Source: a virus (Duplodnaviria; Caudoviricetes). Taken from it: 64,000 nucleotides of DNA. Positions 43,553-52,811 of this stretch are shown here, in pieces. Position numbers and translations under genes: made by a program. Under the pieces are notes generated by a model, which saw only the letters and a program-made list of their open reading frames with translations, was not told the origin of the DNA and did not search any database. Positions within the stretch are counted from its first letter, which is position 1. Every line of letters starts with the position of its first letter. The stretch is taken from positions 32,001 through 96,000 of IMG/VR virus record IMGVR_UViG_3300031998_000009; one strand, 5' to 3'.

Positions 43553-43921
43553 TCAATTTTCTGGAGGTTTAGGTAATGGCATCCAGTGCGTGACAGTCTC
43601 AACAGCAGTCCAGGTTGTTCCTGTCCAACCGAGTGTATCCGGATCGTGGTAATCTTGTCTAAATCCCCATTTGTTTTCTTCATTTGAATCAAACGTACAT
43701 TTGAAAACATCTTCGTACTCTGTGAAAACAAGATATTCACCGTCCTGTTCAGGCAGCAGACTGACACACGAAATCCAATGGACGGCAGGAGTGTTTATCA
43801 CGAATTTTCTTGCTTGCAGTAGACCACTATCGAACTCTTTTCTTCCACCCAAGCTATTTCCAAGACAGCAATCAATGCAGGCAAGTACCGCATTTCGTTC
43901 AATTAGATCATTCATTATCAA
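43553..43921 (-). CDS. DUF551-like phage protein
   Basis: WIS...LPE...YLV...VTHWMPLPKPP. Confidence 0.75.
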   Translation of the reverse strand: MIMNDLIERNAVLACIDCCLGNSLGGRKEFDSGLLQARKFVINTPAVHWISCVSLLPEQDGEYLVFTEYEDVFKCTFDSNEENKWGFRQDYHDPDTLGWTGTTWTAVETVTHWMPLPKPPEN

Positions 43922-44099
43922 TTCTCCTGTTCCAGTCTTCTGCTGCTTCTTCTATGGAAGAACAGTTGCCAGTTCGACAAAGACAATCCGAACACCAGAT
44001 ATAATACTCCTCACGATAATTAAAGCCCTCGCACGTCCCAACAGACGGATGTTTGTCCCCGCAAAACGGGCACGGTTTCAGTTCAACCATTATTAGCAT
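43908..44099 (-). CDS. Lar-family zinc-ribbon protein
   Basis: ELKPCPFCG...CSDC...AAEDWNRR. Confidence 0.75.
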   Translation of the reverse strand: MLIMVELKPCPFCGDKHPSVGTCEGFNYREEYYIWCSDCLCRTGNCSSIEEAAEDWNRRIDNE

Positions 44100-44463
44100 C
44101 TCCCATCATTACACTGTCTACCTCGTCAAGTTGCACTTCTGTCGGTGTTTTCAAGTCCATTCGTGCTCCACAGTTAGGGCAGAATTTGAAACGACTTGTC
44201 ATGTCTCGGAAATTATAAATTAGTTTGCAGCATGAGCACATTCCATGCACATTTATAACCCCGTTCGGGTCTTTGTAGTCGAAAGCCTCACTATGAATCC
44301 ACCGCCCGTGTTTCACAGGTTCGGCTTCGATTGTAGGCATCAATGCGGCTGCAAATCCTACTGTGAGATTGCACTGATTGTACAGATATGTGTCTATAAT
44401 CTTTGCCATATCAGAAACAGCAAGCGCATTTGCATCAATCAATCTTACTTCCGGCATCTTCAT
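44083..44463 (-). CDS. IDA...HGRW...CPNCGARM zinc-ribbon family protein
   Basis: Carries copy 2 of the 43-bp repeat (44296..44338). Confidence 0.8.
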   Translation of the reverse strand: MKMPEVRLIDANALAVSDMAKIIDTYLYNQCNLTVGFAAALMPTIEAEPVKHGRWIHSEAFDYKDPNGVINVHGMCSCCKLIYNFRDMTSRFKFCPNCGARMDLKTPTEVQLDEVDSVMMGDANNG

Positions 44464-45451
44464 TTACCTCCTGTTCAGGTTTCGACAACAATCTGAAATC
44501 ACATCCACCGAACGGATACCACGCACACATTTCGATGTGTTCACAATCTTTACACCATTCTTCACATTTCTTGTGGTCTGTCTCATACATTTTTGGTTTT
44601 TGCATGGGTTCAACTTCGATTGTGGGTAGTGCTTCGATTTCGTCAAGCATTTCTCTTATATCGTGCCCTGCTTTCGAACAACATCCGTCATCGTCCGGAC
44701 AGTAACACATAGCTATTTCCAGCACTTTCTGTCTGTCAATCAGTTCTAGCATCTTTGTTCACCTCCTCATATCCACACATATCTCTACCACACGGTATCA
44801 ACCATTGCCCCGAACGGTGAAATCCGTTTCCATGGTGTTGTATAACGGTTTGATCTTTTTTCTTACACCAGTATTCGTATGAAACATTCGAGAATGTAAG
44901 ATGTTTGCATCCTATGCAAGGGCACTCGTTTTTAATTATCTGCGGCATCTGTCTCAGCCTCCTGTTTAAGCCACGCAAGATTTCCGGCAACGCACCCTTC
45001 ACCATATCCACTATCGCATTGACCGTTGCTGTATATACAACGATAGCAGCTTGTTCCAATTGCATTAAGTAGTTCCTCCTCGTCCGTCATCCGACGGATT
45101 TTATCACCGTTGGTCATTTATGATTCCTCCTCAGTTAGTCTTAATTTCCGATTTTATTCTATTCCCATTTTCGTCATAATACACCGTTTCGCACAGCTCA
45201 CATCCTACCTAATTGTATCTTCGATATGTCCCTTCGATGCAATGGTCACAATGTCAAAAATCCTCCCGTTCCTGTCTCTATCAATCAGGCTCACTGTGTT
45301 ATAAGGCATTTTCATTCTCCCTTCTATTTCAAGACGAATATTCATTTAGTCACTCTGCAACGCACTCATTGCACTTGTTTCTTTGATATAACATAATATG
45401 ATTTTGAATATAATTAAGTTTCTCTCCTTACACAAATTACTATATATACAT

Positions 45452-45545
45452 AGTATAACATATTTATATAAAAAAGTCAAGAGGTTTCTAAAAAAAGATA
45501 ATAAAAAATCTCACAATGTTTTATGTAAAACATTGTGAGATTTTT
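45452..45545 (-). promoter_or_regulatory. Promoter P12 plus stem-loop (near-duplicate of the P11 unit)
   Basis: TTGACT-17-TATACT; hairpin aaaatctcacaatgtttt...aaaacattgtgagatttt. Confidence 0.88.
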
Positions 45546-45575
45546 GTGTATATTTTATAGTTATAAATTTTAATT

Positions 45576-45830
45576 TTATGAATTATAAAGACCTATATTT
45601 CTAGCACATTGTTTTATAGCAGTATAGTTAGCTTGCAATTCATTTCTAATGTCTAAAAGATCCTCTACCCACTGATAAATAAATTCTTCGTCAATCCCAC
45701 CTGATTCCTCTAACTCTGTAATATAATTGTCTAATGATTTAATAACATTTGGAATACCCTTAAAATCGACATCTTCAGTTAGTCCTATTCTTCTACTTGC
45801 AGACATTGATCTGTTAGCTTTCTTAATCAT
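45576..45830 (-). CDS. Leader-bearing small protein (MIKK...RRIGLTE|D)
   Basis: Basic leader ending LTE, then acidic body. Confidence 0.7.
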   Translation of the reverse strand: MIKKANRSMSASRRIGLTEDVDFKGIPNVIKSLDNYITELEESGGIDEEFIYQWVEDLLDIRNELQANYTAIKQCARNIGLYNS

Positions 45831-45861
45831 AATAAATCAATTCCTTTCGTAATATATAACA

Positions 45862-45900
45862 AATAGTCTATGTAAGCTGTACTTACCTACATAGACTATT
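45862..45900. terminator. Stem-loop downstream of nrdD
   Basis: aatagtctatgta...tacatagactatt. Confidence 0.7.
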
Positions 45901-45949
45901 GTACTTTTTTTTTATTTTTTTGTATTTTACATCTATTAAATTGTAAAAC

Positions 45950-48379
45950 TTATTTATTTTCGTTTAAGAACTTTCTTATATTAGAAACATTTTGAATTTT
46001 TTTAGGTTGACCTTGTTCAAATACAATAAGGGTTGGTGCTGATGTTATTTCATACATTTTTACAAGATCCTGATTTTCTTCGGCTAATAGTACTTCACAA
46101 TCAAATCCTGCTTCTGAAATGAACTTCTTTGCCATTTTGCAATTCGGACAGGTTGCTGTGGTAAACAACATTGGTTTTCTAGTTCCGGCTAGAATTGTTC
46201 TTACAGTTTCTTCGATGTTTACATCTTTTTGCTCTTGTTCTGGTAGTTCTGTATAGTCTGTTTTACAAGATTCACATTCTTCTGTATTATTAGATAGTTC
46301 ATCTACATTCACCTTATATTCTTTTCTGTCCTTAAATTCGTGGGCCTTTCCATCGTTAAAGTTTTGAACAGCTCTATAATAACCTGTTACTCTACTATAT
46401 ACTTCTGTTGCTTTTCCACATATAGGACAGGTCCATTCTTCTCCCTTAATATATCCATGTTCTGGACAGATAGAATAAGTAGGTGAAAATGTAAAATAAG
46501 GTAGTTTATAGTTTTCTGCTATCTTTCTTGTAAGATTCATAGCAGATTGCCAATCTGGTAATTTTTCACCTAGAAAAGCATGGAATACAGTTCCAGAGGT
46601 ATATTTAGTTTGTAGATCATCTTGGTGATCTAGTGCTTCGAATATATCATCTGTATAACCTACTGGAAGATGAGAACTATTTGTATAATACGGAGACCCA
46701 TCTGTTTTATCTCCTGCTGTTATAATATTTGGATAATCTTCTTTATCGTGTTTTGCAAATCTGTATGTAACACCTTCGGCAGGTGTAGCTTCAAGATTAT
46801 ACAGATCTCCATACTGTTCTTGATAATCCGAAAGTTTATTTCTCATAAAATCAAGAACCTTTGTTGTGAATGTATATCCTTCTTTTGTAGAAATATCTTT
46901 TGCTACCCATTTAGCATTCAAACAACACTCGTTCATACCTACTAGACCAATAGTAGAAAAATGATCATTAAAGGAACCTAGATATCTCTTTGTATATGGA
47001 TATAGTCCTTGTTCAAGATATTGTGTAATAACATTTCTTTTTATTTTAAGACTTCTTGCTGATATGTCCATCAATCTAACTAATTTAGTGAAAAACTCTT
47101 CTTCTGTTGTCGATGTATAAGCTAGTCTTGGCATATTTATAGTAACAACACCTATTGAACCTGTATTGTCACCACTACCAAAGAACCCACCTGATTTACG
47201 TCTTAACTCACGAAGATCTAGACGTAACCGACAGCACATAGCCCTTACCGAATCTGGTTGCATATCACTATTAATATAATTGCTAAAATAAGGTGTTCCG
47301 TATTTAGCAGTCATTTCAAATAAAAGTTTATTATTAGTAGATTCCGGATCCCAATCAAATTCTTTGGTTATAGAATAAGTAGGAATTGGATAAGAAAAAC
47401 ATCTTCCATCTGCATCTCCTTCTATCATAGTTTCGAGAAATGCTTTATTAATCATATCCATTTCACGTTTACAATCTTTATATTTGAAATCTACTTCTTC
47501 TCCACCCACAATGCAATTAAGTTCGGCAAGGTCATCCGGAACAGTCCAGTCCAAAGTAAAATTTGAGAACACAGGTTGACTTCCCCATCTAGAGGATGTG
47601 TTAAGATGATATATTAGAGATTGTATACATTGTTTTACTTCTTTATAGGAAAGGTCCTCATATTTGACAAAAGGAGCTAAAAGTGTATCTACACTATTGA
47701 ACGCCTGAGCCCCGGACCATTCGTTTTGAAGGCAACCAAGATAATTTACCATCTGATTACAAAGAGTAGAGAGATGTTTAGCAGGTTTAGACGCTATCTT
47801 TTTCGGGACTCCTCCAAAACCTTCCTTTATCAATGTCTTGAGGGACCATCCAGCACAGTATCCAGATAACATTGATAAATCGTGTAGATGAATGTCACAA
47901 TTTTTATGAGCTGTCGAAACCTCTTCGTCGTATATCTCTGATAGCCAATAATTAGCTGTGATGGCACCGGAATTACCAAGAATAAGTCCTCCAAGGGAAT
48001 AGTTGATACTTGAATTTTCTTTGACTCTCCAGTCTGTTGCTTGAGTATATCCTTCAATGGTCTTTTTATAGTCAAGCATTGTCTCTTTCGCTTTTCTAGC
48101 ATTCTCGTGTTGTTTTCTATATAGAATATAAGATTTAGCTACATCATCGTAACCGAATGTCATTAATGTTTTTTCTACTGCATTTTGAATATCTTCTACG
48201 GATAGAAGACCGTCTTTAATTGTTTTTTCTGCTTCTGCCATAGATCTTATTGTTATTAGTTCTATAATAGAATCCTGATATTCTCTATTACAGGATTTAA
48301 ATGATTTTACAATTCCTTCTGATATTTTTGATGTAGTGAATACATCAATATCTCCACTTCTCTTTTTTACTTTATACAT
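45950..48379 (-). CDS. nrdD: Anaerobic (class III) ribonucleoside-triphosphate reductase with ATP cone and C-terminal glutaredoxin-like domain
   Basis: VKKRSG ATP cone; IHLHDL; AMCCRL; CPEHG/CPICG; YSRVTGYY glycyl-radical loop; C-terminal TCPNC. Confidence 0.95.
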   Translation of the reverse strand: MYKVKKRSGDIDVFTTSKISEGIVKSFKSCNREYQDSIIELITIRSMAEAEKTIKDGLLSVEDIQNAVEKTLMTFGYDDVAKSYILYRKQHENARKAKETMLDYKKTIEGYTQATDWRVKENSSINYSLGGLILGNSGAITANYWLSEIYDEEVSTAHKNCDIHLHDLSMLSGYCAGWSLKTLIKEGFGGVPKKIASKPAKHLSTLCNQMVNYLGCLQNEWSGAQAFNSVDTLLAPFVKYEDLSYKEVKQCIQSLIYHLNTSSRWGSQPVFSNFTLDWTVPDDLAELNCIVGGEEVDFKYKDCKREMDMINKAFLETMIEGDADGRCFSYPIPTYSITKEFDWDPESTNNKLLFEMTAKYGTPYFSNYINSDMQPDSVRAMCCRLRLDLRELRRKSGGFFGSGDNTGSIGVVTINMPRLAYTSTTEEEFFTKLVRLMDISARSLKIKRNVITQYLEQGLYPYTKRYLGSFNDHFSTIGLVGMNECCLNAKWVAKDISTKEGYTFTTKVLDFMRNKLSDYQEQYGDLYNLEATPAEGVTYRFAKHDKEDYPNIITAGDKTDGSPYYTNSSHLPVGYTDDIFEALDHQDDLQTKYTSGTVFHAFLGEKLPDWQSAMNLTRKIAENYKLPYFTFSPTYSICPEHGYIKGEEWTCPICGKATEVYSRVTGYYRAVQNFNDGKAHEFKDRKEYKVNVDELSNNTEECESCKTDYTELPEQEQKDVNIEETVRTILAGTRKPMLFTTATCPNCKMAKKFISEAGFDCEVLLAEENQDLVKMYEITSAPTLIVFEQGQPKKIQNVSNIRKFLNENK

Positions 48380-48421
48380 AGTAAATCAACTCCTCTTACA
48401 TTTTATATAAATTAACACAGT

Positions 48422-49180
48422 TCAAAACAATTTTCTTCTTTGTGTTTTTTCCGTAGCTTCTATTCTTTCTTTAGCGATGTTAAAGTAATTATTATCCAAT
48501 TCTATTCCTATAAAACGTCTGTGATTTTTCATACATGCTACACCAGTGGTTCCAGAACCCATGAAGTTATCTAAAACGATATCATTTTCATTTGTATATG
48601 TTTTTACAAGATATTCAATTAAAGATAGTGGTTTCTGTGTAGGATGAATATGTTTAGATGGATGTTCTCTACTAAACTCTAATAATTCACACGGATATCT
48701 GGTCCCATCGTCAATATAAGGTGTTACAGTAAGTTCGTTTGCGGATACTGTTTTACTAGAGTTTCCTTTTGGAGAATTTTTAGAAATAGGACCGTTATGT
48801 ATTACTTTTTGAACGTTATAAACACCTAGTTTTCTATAAAAAACACATATATTTTCTATATATTTAGCAGGTCTATTTTTAACTTGAAATATATTTGTAG
48901 GTCTTTCCTTTTTCCAATACCAGTCGTATTTATAATCGTTCAAATTACTTAATCTTAATTTACTAGAAAATGGTTCTTGTGCAAATATTAAAATGGGTGC
49001 TGTTTCTTTTGTAACTCTTTTTATCTCTTTCCATAGTTTTTCAAAATCTACACACTTATCCCATTCTAAAGGTGTCTGACCGTAAGGTGGATCTGTAATA
49101 ATACAATCTATGGATTTATCCGGAATCTGATTCATCAGTTCTAGGCAATCTCCATTATACAATGTATAGTCGTTGATCAT
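48422..49180 (-). CDS. DNA methyltransferase (N6-adenine/N4-cytosine, beta class)
   Basis: DPPY, HPTQKP, LDNFMGSGTTG. Confidence 0.93.
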   Translation of the reverse strand: MINDYTLYNGDCLELMNQIPDKSIDCIITDPPYGQTPLEWDKCVDFEKLWKEIKRVTKETAPILIFAQEPFSSKLRLSNLNDYKYDWYWKKERPTNIFQVKNRPAKYIENICVFYRKLGVYNVQKVIHNGPISKNSPKGNSSKTVSANELTVTPYIDDGTRYPCELLEFSREHPSKHIHPTQKPLSLIEYLVKTYTNENDIVLDNFMGSGTTGVACMKNHRRFIGIELDNNYFNIAKERIEATEKTQRRKLF

Positions 49181-49345
49181 AATAACCTCCTCAACTCAAC
49201 AAAGAGTTGTAATTGTTATTGTAATTCGTATGTGAGTTAATAACACTTGAATTTGAATAAAATCAAAATCCATTTTTAATTCTACTTTTTATATAAAAAT
49301 TGCTATTGATGTTCTTACAATATTTTTAGTTTTTGGTTCAGAAAA

Positions 49346-49393
49346 TAACAGTATATAGTATTTGTGGTATAATCACATTACTACATATTGTAT
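49346..49393. promoter_or_regulatory. Tandem NrdR-box-like operators
   Basis: taACAGTATATAGTat (49346-49361) and ttACTACATATTGTat (49378-49393), 32 bp apart, just downstream of P13 and upstream of nrdD. Confidence 0.7.
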
Positions 49394-49417
49394 TAGACTA
49401 TGATATTCTTCGTTTAT

Positions 49418-49473
49418 AGTATAACACAAAACCTCTACAAAAGTCAATAGGAAAACATGACTTTTGTAGAGGT
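49418..49473 (-). promoter_or_regulatory. Promoter P13 with inverted repeat covering spacer and most of -35
   Basis: TTGACT-18-TATACT; IR acctctacaaaagtca-N11-tgacttttgtagaggt. Confidence 0.8.
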
Positions 49474-49499
49474 CTACATATTTTATAATTTATTAACTT

Positions 49500-50295
49500 T
49501 TAGACTTGCATCACCTCGCGAAATGGAATAAAAAGAACTCCTACATAAAATCCGAGTACAGATTCTTTCATATCTTCATCCAGTTCCGGAGAATGACAAA
49601 TGTCCAACCAAGTAGGTTCTTTGCCGTTAAAACCTACAAGAACTTTATCCGTCATATAGTCAATGTCGTACACAAGAATCGTACAGGTGTTAGACAGACA
49701 AAAACAACCAACAGGCTTTCCTTCTTTTAACATGGTTATTTCCTCCTTACTTATAATGAATAATCATTTTACCTTCCAGGAGACTAATTGTGGTCACGGT
49801 CTTGTCCTTCTCCTCGTAAAAGTAATCACCGTAATCGAAGGAGTTCGCTTTACGAATATTACCTGTGACACCTTCCTGGAAGAATACAGGGATTTTGGAA
49901 GTTCCATAATTAATCTTTTTCATGATATCCTTTACTTTCATATTTGTAACTTCCTTTTATTTATGGTTCGGATGGTTCTGTTCGCAATGGACACGAAGCA
50001 GTAAACCAGGATATCTCTTAATACGATGGAACAACTTCTTATCGTCACGTTTATGTGTGGTATATTGAACGCCACCCTTCTTACCTACAAAGAAGTAACC
50101 ATATTCTCTACACAGTCTTGCGAAAACATTATCCTCATCACCCACAAGACCTACACAAAAGTTAATAAGGACTGTTCCAGTTTCCAGTTCCTTAAAAGAA
50201 ACTTCCTTCACCTCACCATTGTGATAATGATCTCTAGCCAATTTCTCGGCTTCCTGTTTGGTCCATTCAAATACCTGTTCCTGCGACTTTGTCAT
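49500..50295 (-). other. Three short hypothetical genes downstream of P14
   Basis: 49500..49733, 49747..49941, 49957..50295. Confidence 0.75.
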
Positions 50296-50337
50296 AATCG
50301 TGACCTCCTTTTATGTACTTTGTTTCTTACTATATAT

Positions 50338-50419
50338 AGTATAACATATTTATAGTGAAAAGTCAAGTGTTTTTGAAAATTTATAATAAAAAACTCCACG
50401 AACTTATCGTGGAGTTTTT
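50338..50419 (-). promoter_or_regulatory. Promoter P14 plus stem-loop
   Basis: TTGACT-17-TATACT; hairpin aaaaactccacga...tcgtggagttttt. Confidence 0.88.
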
Positions 50420-50439
50420 GTTTAATCTATACAAAATAA

Positions 50440-52641
50440 TTACTTGTTTTGATTCTTATAGAACAGCTTTCTGTAATAAATAATATCTTTGGGCATATGC
50501 TCTCTTTCTTCTTTACTGTATTCACTGTATACTTTCTTCATAAAATCGTAAAACAAATTAGATTCAGGTGTTAGTAGTTGTCCGGTTTTATCGATATAAC
50601 CTTTTCTTAATACAATCATTGCTATTTTTCTCATATGCTTCCAATGATTGTAGTAATCGAGTTTAAGTTTTGTCATATAACCAACACTATCCTCAATAAC
50701 AAAACCTTCAATAACTCTACCACCAAAAGTATAATCAGGCTGTAAAACCTCATTATACCAATCATAGAAATCAGACCAATTATTGATCACAGCTGCCTTT
50801 GTTTTAACTACTAGACCTAATTCTTTACCTACCTCTACCACTTCTTCGTAATCGTGTTGTTTGAATTCAAGACTATTATCAATGATAGAAAGTAGGAATA
50901 GCTCATTTTCTGGATATTCAATGATGTGTGGATCGTGTACTTGGTCTACACATTCAAATACAAGAGTAACATTGTTTTCCTTACAATACTCTTTTACCCA
51001 CTGTACCTTATCCTCTGACAATTTTTGGTAAAGCATTATCTTTAACCAGTCTGCATAGGAACCTACTGGACAGGACTTTGTGGTAATGAACAGATCATCT
51101 GTCTCTTCGTTATATGAAACAAGACCCAGATATCCATTTTCCTTCACATAGCAGGTAACTGGAAATTTAAGTTTGTATTGTAACATATCAAATTGAGTTT
51201 CCGGTCTTTCATTGATATTGAAAAACTTACTGTATCCACGACACATAACTTTCATTGTAGCTGTGTTAATATACAGTCCTCTTGCTACGATTGTTTGTTC
51301 ATTCCAAATCTTATCATAAAAAGCATCTTTTGTAAAGTTGAACGAAGAAATGTTACCATACTGTTTTTCCTGAATGTGTCTGTTCTTACGAAGTTTCATA
51401 ACAGCATCTGCCATATCAGAATTGGTAATTGTTTTCTTTTCCTCGACCTCTTCAATAGGCTTGAATACCGTATTCTGAATAGTTACTTCATGGAACCCTT
51501 CTTTATCCAATTCGACAATACGAAGACATCCACCGTGTTCTATCTTACCCTCAAGATTAAATGTTCTTTCCTCGATGCACATATCAGAGTATCTAATATT
51601 TCTGTGGCCGTGAATTTGGTACATATTAGATTCTGTATTTTCTTTCCAATATTTAGCAACGTCTTCATAATCTTTGTAATCACCTACACCACGAATCATT
51701 TGTTCAGTGGATATAAATGTCAGATTATCAGGCATTGTGGAAAGACCACCATGAGTTACTAAAACATCTTTTCCATCATATGTATACCAAGCACATTGAC
51801 CACATTTTCTGTAAAGTTGTCTAATGTCTTTCAAATCAATATCGGAATTTTGAAGTTGTTTTTTCGTTACAAATTCAAATTCTTTAGAATCAGCAATACC
51901 TTCATTAGCATATATCCACAACCATCTTTCATGGTTACCCTCAAGAAGTAGTACATTAGGTCGTTTCACAGCTTCAATAAAAAACTTTACAACTTCTGCA
52001 TTTTCTAGTCCTCTATCAATAATGTCACCTACAAAGATATACATATAGTTGTCGTTAAAACCATTTTTGAAGTATTCCATTAGGGCAGTATAACAACCGT
52101 GAATATCTCCAATGTGTACGATCTTCTCATATTTATTCAAGTCAAACTTCTTCATCCAAATAGTATCAAGTTCTTCCGGTTTAATAGCTTTAATACCTGC
52201 TGGAATTTTTTGAGTAGCGAATCTAGAATAAATATTCTCAAGTGCTGATTCAGGTACCCACTTAAACATAGGACGAAGTTTATTCCTTCTTTTGCATTCT
52301 TCCAGTGGAACATCTGTCATATCAATACAATAGATTCTGTAACGATATGTTTCACACATATTCTTATAACGATTCATTTCTATTGTTTTACTATTTGTAG
52401 CATCAATGACAGTAAACTCACCACGTTTCATTCTAGTTTCGAGAAGTTTGAATAGCATAGACCATACATCTTTTTCATTTTTCTGACTGATTCCATATGT
52501 TCCATTTACACTAAGTTGTGGTGTAGAACACAGAACACGAATATCATCAGCACAAAGAGTATACGGTTTAAGTCCATGTTCCTCAATAAATGTTGATTTA
52601 CCACATCCAGGTGCTCCACGAAGTAAAAGTAAAACTCTCAT
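50440..52641 (-). CDS. RNA repair enzyme: polynucleotide kinase + metallophosphoesterase + Rnl1-type RNA ligase
   Basis: GAPGCGKS and IDATN; GDIHG, GDIIDRG, GNHE, HGG, HGH; RGYSKFFN, KENG, EGFV, KLK. Confidence 0.92.
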   Translation of the reverse strand: MRVLLLLRGAPGCGKSTFIEEHGLKPYTLCADDIRVLCSTPQLSVNGTYGISQKNEKDVWSMLFKLLETRMKRGEFTVIDATNSKTIEMNRYKNMCETYRYRIYCIDMTDVPLEECKRRNKLRPMFKWVPESALENIYSRFATQKIPAGIKAIKPEELDTIWMKKFDLNKYEKIVHIGDIHGCYTALMEYFKNGFNDNYMYIFVGDIIDRGLENAEVVKFFIEAVKRPNVLLLEGNHERWLWIYANEGIADSKEFEFVTKKQLQNSDIDLKDIRQLYRKCGQCAWYTYDGKDVLVTHGGLSTMPDNLTFISTEQMIRGVGDYKDYEDVAKYWKENTESNMYQIHGHRNIRYSDMCIEERTFNLEGKIEHGGCLRIVELDKEGFHEVTIQNTVFKPIEEVEEKKTITNSDMADAVMKLRKNRHIQEKQYGNISSFNFTKDAFYDKIWNEQTIVARGLYINTATMKVMCRGYSKFFNINERPETQFDMLQYKLKFPVTCYVKENGYLGLVSYNEETDDLFITTKSCPVGSYADWLKIMLYQKLSEDKVQWVKEYCKENNVTLVFECVDQVHDPHIIEYPENELFLLSIIDNSLEFKQHDYEEVVEVGKELGLVVKTKAAVINNWSDFYDWYNEVLQPDYTFGGRVIEGFVIEDSVGYMTKLKLDYYNHWKHMRKIAMIVLRKGYIDKTGQLLTPESNLFYDFMKKVYSEYSKEEREHMPKDIIYYRKLFYKNQNK

Positions 52642-52796
52642 TTATTTTCCTCCTCTATTTTAATTCCATTTGATTTAGCAAAATCATGAACCAGCTGTTC
52701 CAAAGATCTACTAGGTCCTCCTTTTTCTCTATCTTCATATATCATATCAGTTATAGTATCGGCATCCAATAAAGAAAGCACTTCCGAATAGTTCAT
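52638..52796 (-). CDS. Small hypothetical protein (52 aa, below ORF-track cutoff)
   Basis: MNYSEVLSLLDAD...IEEENK*, GGAGG RBS, ATGA overlap with next gene. Confidence 0.65.
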   Translation of the reverse strand: MNYSEVLSLLDADTITDMIYEDREKGGPSRSLEQLVHDFAKSNGIKIEEENK

Positions 52797-52811
52797 ATTA
52801 TTCCTCCATTA

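Noticed and set aside
45950-46200. Glutaredoxin-like domain fused to NrdD as a novelty
   Set aside because: I recall this fusion from Clostridial NrdD proteins, so it is probably inherited from the host lineage.
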